Below are positions 61,332-64,000 of a DNA stretch of 64,000 bases, piece after piece. The stretch lies in NCBI RefSeq assembly GCF_003334305.1, contig NZ_QOWS01000026.1. One strand, written 5' to 3'. Under the pieces are notes generated by a model. It saw nothing but the letters and a program-made list of their open reading frames with translations, was not told the origin of the DNA and did not search any database. Each line of letters begins with the position of its first letter. The stretch's first letter is position 1. The DNA comes from Escherichia coli (GTDB lineage Bacteria > Pseudomonadota > Gammaproteobacteria > Enterobacterales > Enterobacteriaceae). The translations under genes were made by a program, and so were the position numbers.

Positions 61332-62318
61332 TTAATACATAGGTGTTAATTGTAAAGGGGGTTCTTGTAGAACTTTTGCCTGTTCTATAAAAGTCGCCGT
61401 TTGTCGCAGCCAGTAATCTTCCCCGGTTAACCACGGGAAATTTTTCGGGAACGCGGGATCAGCCCAACGCCGCATTAGCCAGGCAAGATAATAAACCAAA
61501 CGCATGGCGCGTAAAGGTTCAATCAGTCCGATTTCAGCGGTGTCGAACTCGCTAAATTCTTCATAAGCTTCAATAATAGTTTCCAGTTGCATCCGCTGCT
61601 CGGCTTTATCGCCATTGAGCAACATCCACAAATCCTGAATAGCTGGACCATTACGTGCATCATCCAGATCAACAAACATTGGACCATCGCGCCAGAGAAT
61701 ATTCCCGGCGTGGCAGTCTCCATGTAGCCGCAGAACGGTGAAGTCTTCCCGCCAGTGTGCTGTAACGGCGGCGATCAGCTCATCTGTCGCTTTCAGGAAT
61801 GCCGCTTTCAACCCGGAAGGCATCAGTGTAGCGTCCTCAAACAGCTTGCGTGGCTCAATGAGATATTCATTCAGACCGATGGTCGGGCGATGGATAAAAA
61901 GCTGTTTGCGCCCCGTCTGGTGCATACGCCCTAAATAACGCCCAACCGCTTCCATCTGATCGATATTATCAGCTTCGAACTGGCGACCACCGACGCTTGG
62001 AAAAACAGCGAAATAAAATCCCTGATGATTCAATAAAGTCTGACCGTTAAAGGCCACAGGTGCTGCGACCGGAACTTCATCATTTACCAACTGCAACGCA
62101 AATTGATGTTCTTCGAGGATTTGATCGGCTGTCCAACGTTCAGGGCGATAAAATTTGACGACAAAACGTCGACGATCTTCGTCCTGAAATTGATAGACAC
62201 GGTTTTCATAGCTGTTAAGCGGGGTAAGACCGGAATCCACCCGGATCCCTTGCTCAAATAGAGCATCCATGATGGTATCCGGGTGTAGTGTCTGGAAAGT
62301 AAAAGCGCTGTTGTTCAT
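61332..62318 (-). CDS. srkA: Ser/Thr protein kinase SrkA (YihE/RdoA)
   Basis: 328 aa with an eukaryotic-like kinase / aminoglycoside-phosphotransferase fold (LHGDCHAGNILW, FVDLDDA). It lies 16 nt upstream of dsbA. Confidence 0.93.
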   Translation of the reverse strand: MNNSAFTFQTLHPDTIMDALFEQGIRVDSGLTPLNSYENRVYQFQDEDRRRFVVKFYRPERWTADQILEEHQFALQLVNDEVPVAAPVAFNGQTLLNHQGFYFAVFPSVGGRQFEADNIDQMEAVGRYLGRMHQTGRKQLFIHRPTIGLNEYLIEPRKLFEDATLMPSGLKAAFLKATDELIAAVTAHWREDFTVLRLHGDCHAGNILWRDGPMFVDLDDARNGPAIQDLWMLLNGDKAEQRMQLETIIEAYEEFSEFDTAEIGLIEPLRAMRLVYYLAWLMRRWADPAFPKNFPWLTGEDYWLRQTATFIEQAKVLQEPPLQLTPMY

Positions 62319-62394
62319 CCCATCATCCGGAAAACATTACGAATGATGAAGGATATCATTTCACGATGATTTTGGTGGCACCGCTTACAAGCTT

Positions 62395-62664
62395 TTACTC
62401 TTTAATTACGCCACGAGCGCGTAACAGCGCCGTTTTGAAGTCTTCTTCATAATCTTTCTGCAAACCCGGGATCACCGCATCTTTCGCGGAATCACGCATT
62501 TTCAGGTGATAGATCAGAATGTCATCCGTCAAATCCGCCAGTTCGCCGTCAAAACCTGACTCTTTCGCCAGTTTCTGCAAAAATTGCAACAGGTTAAGGT
62601 CTGGCTCTTTTTGCCAGGCTGGCTGGAGGAGTTCAATAACTTCATTCAGACGTTTACATTTCAT
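62395..62664 (-). CDS. yihD: DUF1040 protein YihD
   Basis: Track ORF 62395..62694. The ATG at 62664 follows aaggag. It reads [38 protein letters not shown]..., 89 aa. Confidence 0.88.
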
Positions 62665-62733
62665 AGTAATGCTCCTTACTCTTGAGACAGACACGTTAGC
62701 AGGGTCAATCCCACAATAAAAGAGGCGATATCG

Positions 62734-63318
62734 GTGAATCTGATGACGACGATAACAGGCGTTGTGCTGGCAGGCGGTAAAGCCAGACGAATGGGCGGCG
62801 TAGATAAAGGATTGCTTGAATTAAACGGCAAACCATTATGGCAACATGTCGCTGACGCGCTTATGACGCAGCTCTCTCACGTCGTGGTTAATGCCAATCG
62901 CCATCAGGAAATCTATCAGGCAAGCGGTCTGAAAGTGATTGAAGATTCACTGGCGGATTACCCAGGCCCTCTGGCAGGAATGCTTTCAGTAATGCAGCAG
63001 GAAGCAGGCGAGTGGTTTTTGTTTTGTCCGTGCGATACTCCTTATATTCCCGAGGATTTAGCAGCCCGGCTTAATCATCAGCGCAAAGATGCGCCTGTCG
63101 TGTGGGTCCACGACGGTGAACGCGATCACCCGACTATTGCTCTGGTAAACCGCGCAATTGAGCCTTTATTACTGGAATATCTGCAAGCAGGAGAACGCCG
63201 GGTAATGGCATTTATGCGTCTGGCTGGCGGTCATGCGGTTGATTTCAGCGATAATAAAGATGCATTTATTAACGTGAATACGCCAGAGGAGCTTGCCCGA
63301 TGGCAGGAAAAACGATGA
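62734..63318 (+). CDS. mobA: Molybdenum cofactor guanylyltransferase
   Basis: 194 aa with a GTG start, [36 protein letters not shown]... Confidence 0.95.
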
Positions 63319-63827
63319 TACCGTTACTCGCCTTTGCCGCGTGGAGTGGTACCGGAAAAACTACGCTTTTGAAACAACTGATCCCGGCATTATGCGCCAG
63401 AGGGATCCGTCCAGGGCTGATTAAGCATACGCACCATGATATGGATGTTGATAAGCCAGGCAAAGATAGCTATGAGCTGCGCAAGGCTGGCGCGGCACAA
63501 ACCATCGTTGCCAGCCAGCAACGATGGGCCTTGATGACGGAAACACCAGACGAAGAAGAGCTGGATCTACAGTTTCTCGCAAGTCGAATGGATACCTCAA
63601 AGCTGGATTTGATTCTGGTCGAAGGGTTTAAGCATGAAGAGATCGCAAAGATTGTGCTGTTTCGCGATGGAGCCGGACATCGACCTGAAGAATTAGTGAT
63701 AGACAGGCATGTTATTGCTGTAGCCAGTGATGTGCCGCTTAATCTTGATGTCGCATTACTGGATATTAATGATGTTGAGGGGCTGGCTGATTTTGTGGTG
63801 GAGTGGATGCAAAAGCAGAACGGATAA
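63300..63827 (+). CDS. mobB: Molybdopterin-guanine dinucleotide biosynthesis adaptor protein MobB
   Basis: 175 aa with the P-loop [12 protein letters not shown]. It overlaps the mobA 3' end. Confidence 0.93.
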   Translation: MAGKTMIPLLAFAAWSGTGKTTLLKQLIPALCARGIRPGLIKHTHHDMDVDKPGKDSYELRKAGAAQTIVASQQRWALMTETPDEEELDLQFLASRMDTSKLDLILVEGFKHEEIAKIVLFRDGAGHRPEELVIDRHVIAVASDVPLNLDVALLDINDVEGLADFVVEWMQKQNG

Positions 63828-63834
63828 GCAAGAG

Positions 63835-63870
63835 TAGGCTGGATAAGACGCGCCAGCGTCGCATCCGGCA
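63835..63870. repeat. REP element
   Basis: gtaggctggataagacgcgccagcgtcgcatccggca. Confidence 0.8.
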
Positions 63871-63888
63871 TTTTTTTCTGCGCCAATG

Positions 63889-63916
63889 CAAAAAGGCCAT
63901 CCTGACGGATGGCCTT
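63889..63916 (-). terminator. rRNA operon terminator downstream of 5S rRNA
   Basis: The minus strand reads aaggccatc-cgtcag-gatggcctt followed by tttgc, immediately 3' of the 5S gene. Confidence 0.8.
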
Positions 63917-63928
63917 CTGCTTAATTTG

Positions 63929-64000
63929 ATGCCTGGCAGTTCCCTACTCTCGCATGGGGAGACCCCACACTACCATCGGCGCTACGGCGTTTCACTTCTG
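63929..64000 (-). rRNA. rrfA: 5S ribosomal RNA, 3'-terminal 72 nt (the rest is beyond the window)
   Basis: The reverse complement reads CAGAAGTGAAACGCCGTAGCGCCGATGGTAGTGTGGGGTCTCCCCATGCGAGAGTAGGGAACTGCCAGGCAT, the E. coli 5S 3' end. Its position next to mobB corresponds to rrnA. Confidence 0.95.

Overview
This is an Escherichia coli chromosomal segment. By my recollection it is colinear with, and inverted relative to, the K-12 map from yiiM to the 3' end of rrnA (about 4.04-4.10 Mb). Scattered amino-acid differences from the K-12 proteins I remember suggest another strain. I identified genes by reading the supplied translations and hand-translating the gaps. No search was run, and hand-counted coordinates of small sites may be off by 1-2 nt.

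Gene order, left to right:
- yiiM' (partial), kdgT, sodA
- rhamnose regulon: rhaT, rhaRS, rhaBAD, rhaM
- cryptic frvABXR PTS operon
- yiiG, fdhD, fdoGHI-fdhE (formate dehydrogenase-O, with an in-frame UGA selenocysteine codon)
- two small ribbon-helix-helix genes, yiiF and yiiE
- a roughly 1.8 kb islet holding a HigB-2/HigA-2-type toxin-antitoxin pair and a family-IV esterase, which I do not recall in K-12
- the tightly overlapped yihX-yihY-dtd-yiiD operon
- the ten-gene sulfoquinovose (sulfoglycolysis) cluster: yihW (csqR), yihV, yihUTS, yihRQPO, ompL
- the uncharacterised yihLMN module
- bipA, glnA (with its 3'UTR), glnLG, yshB, hemN, yihI
- the sRNA CsrC, engB, the sRNA Spot 42, polA
- yihG, yihF, dsbA, srkA (yihE), yihD, mobAB
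- the last 72 nt of 5S rRNA (rrfA)

Seven REP/BIME clusters and one boxC-like repeat sit in intergenic gaps. I saw no tRNA, CRISPR array, IS element, transposase, integrase or prophage gene.

The most remarkable system is the sulfoquinovose pathway, but it has been described since 2014. Candidates that are still unexplained:
1. A 20-bp box present three times upstream of yiiF, yiiE and the toxin gene, with sigma-54-like GG-N10-GC geometry.
2. The yihLMN module.
3. The frv PTS with its M42 peptidase and EIIA-containing regulator.
4. Two unannotated small ORFs: 57 codons between yihI and hemN, and 30 codons downstream of the antitoxin gene.
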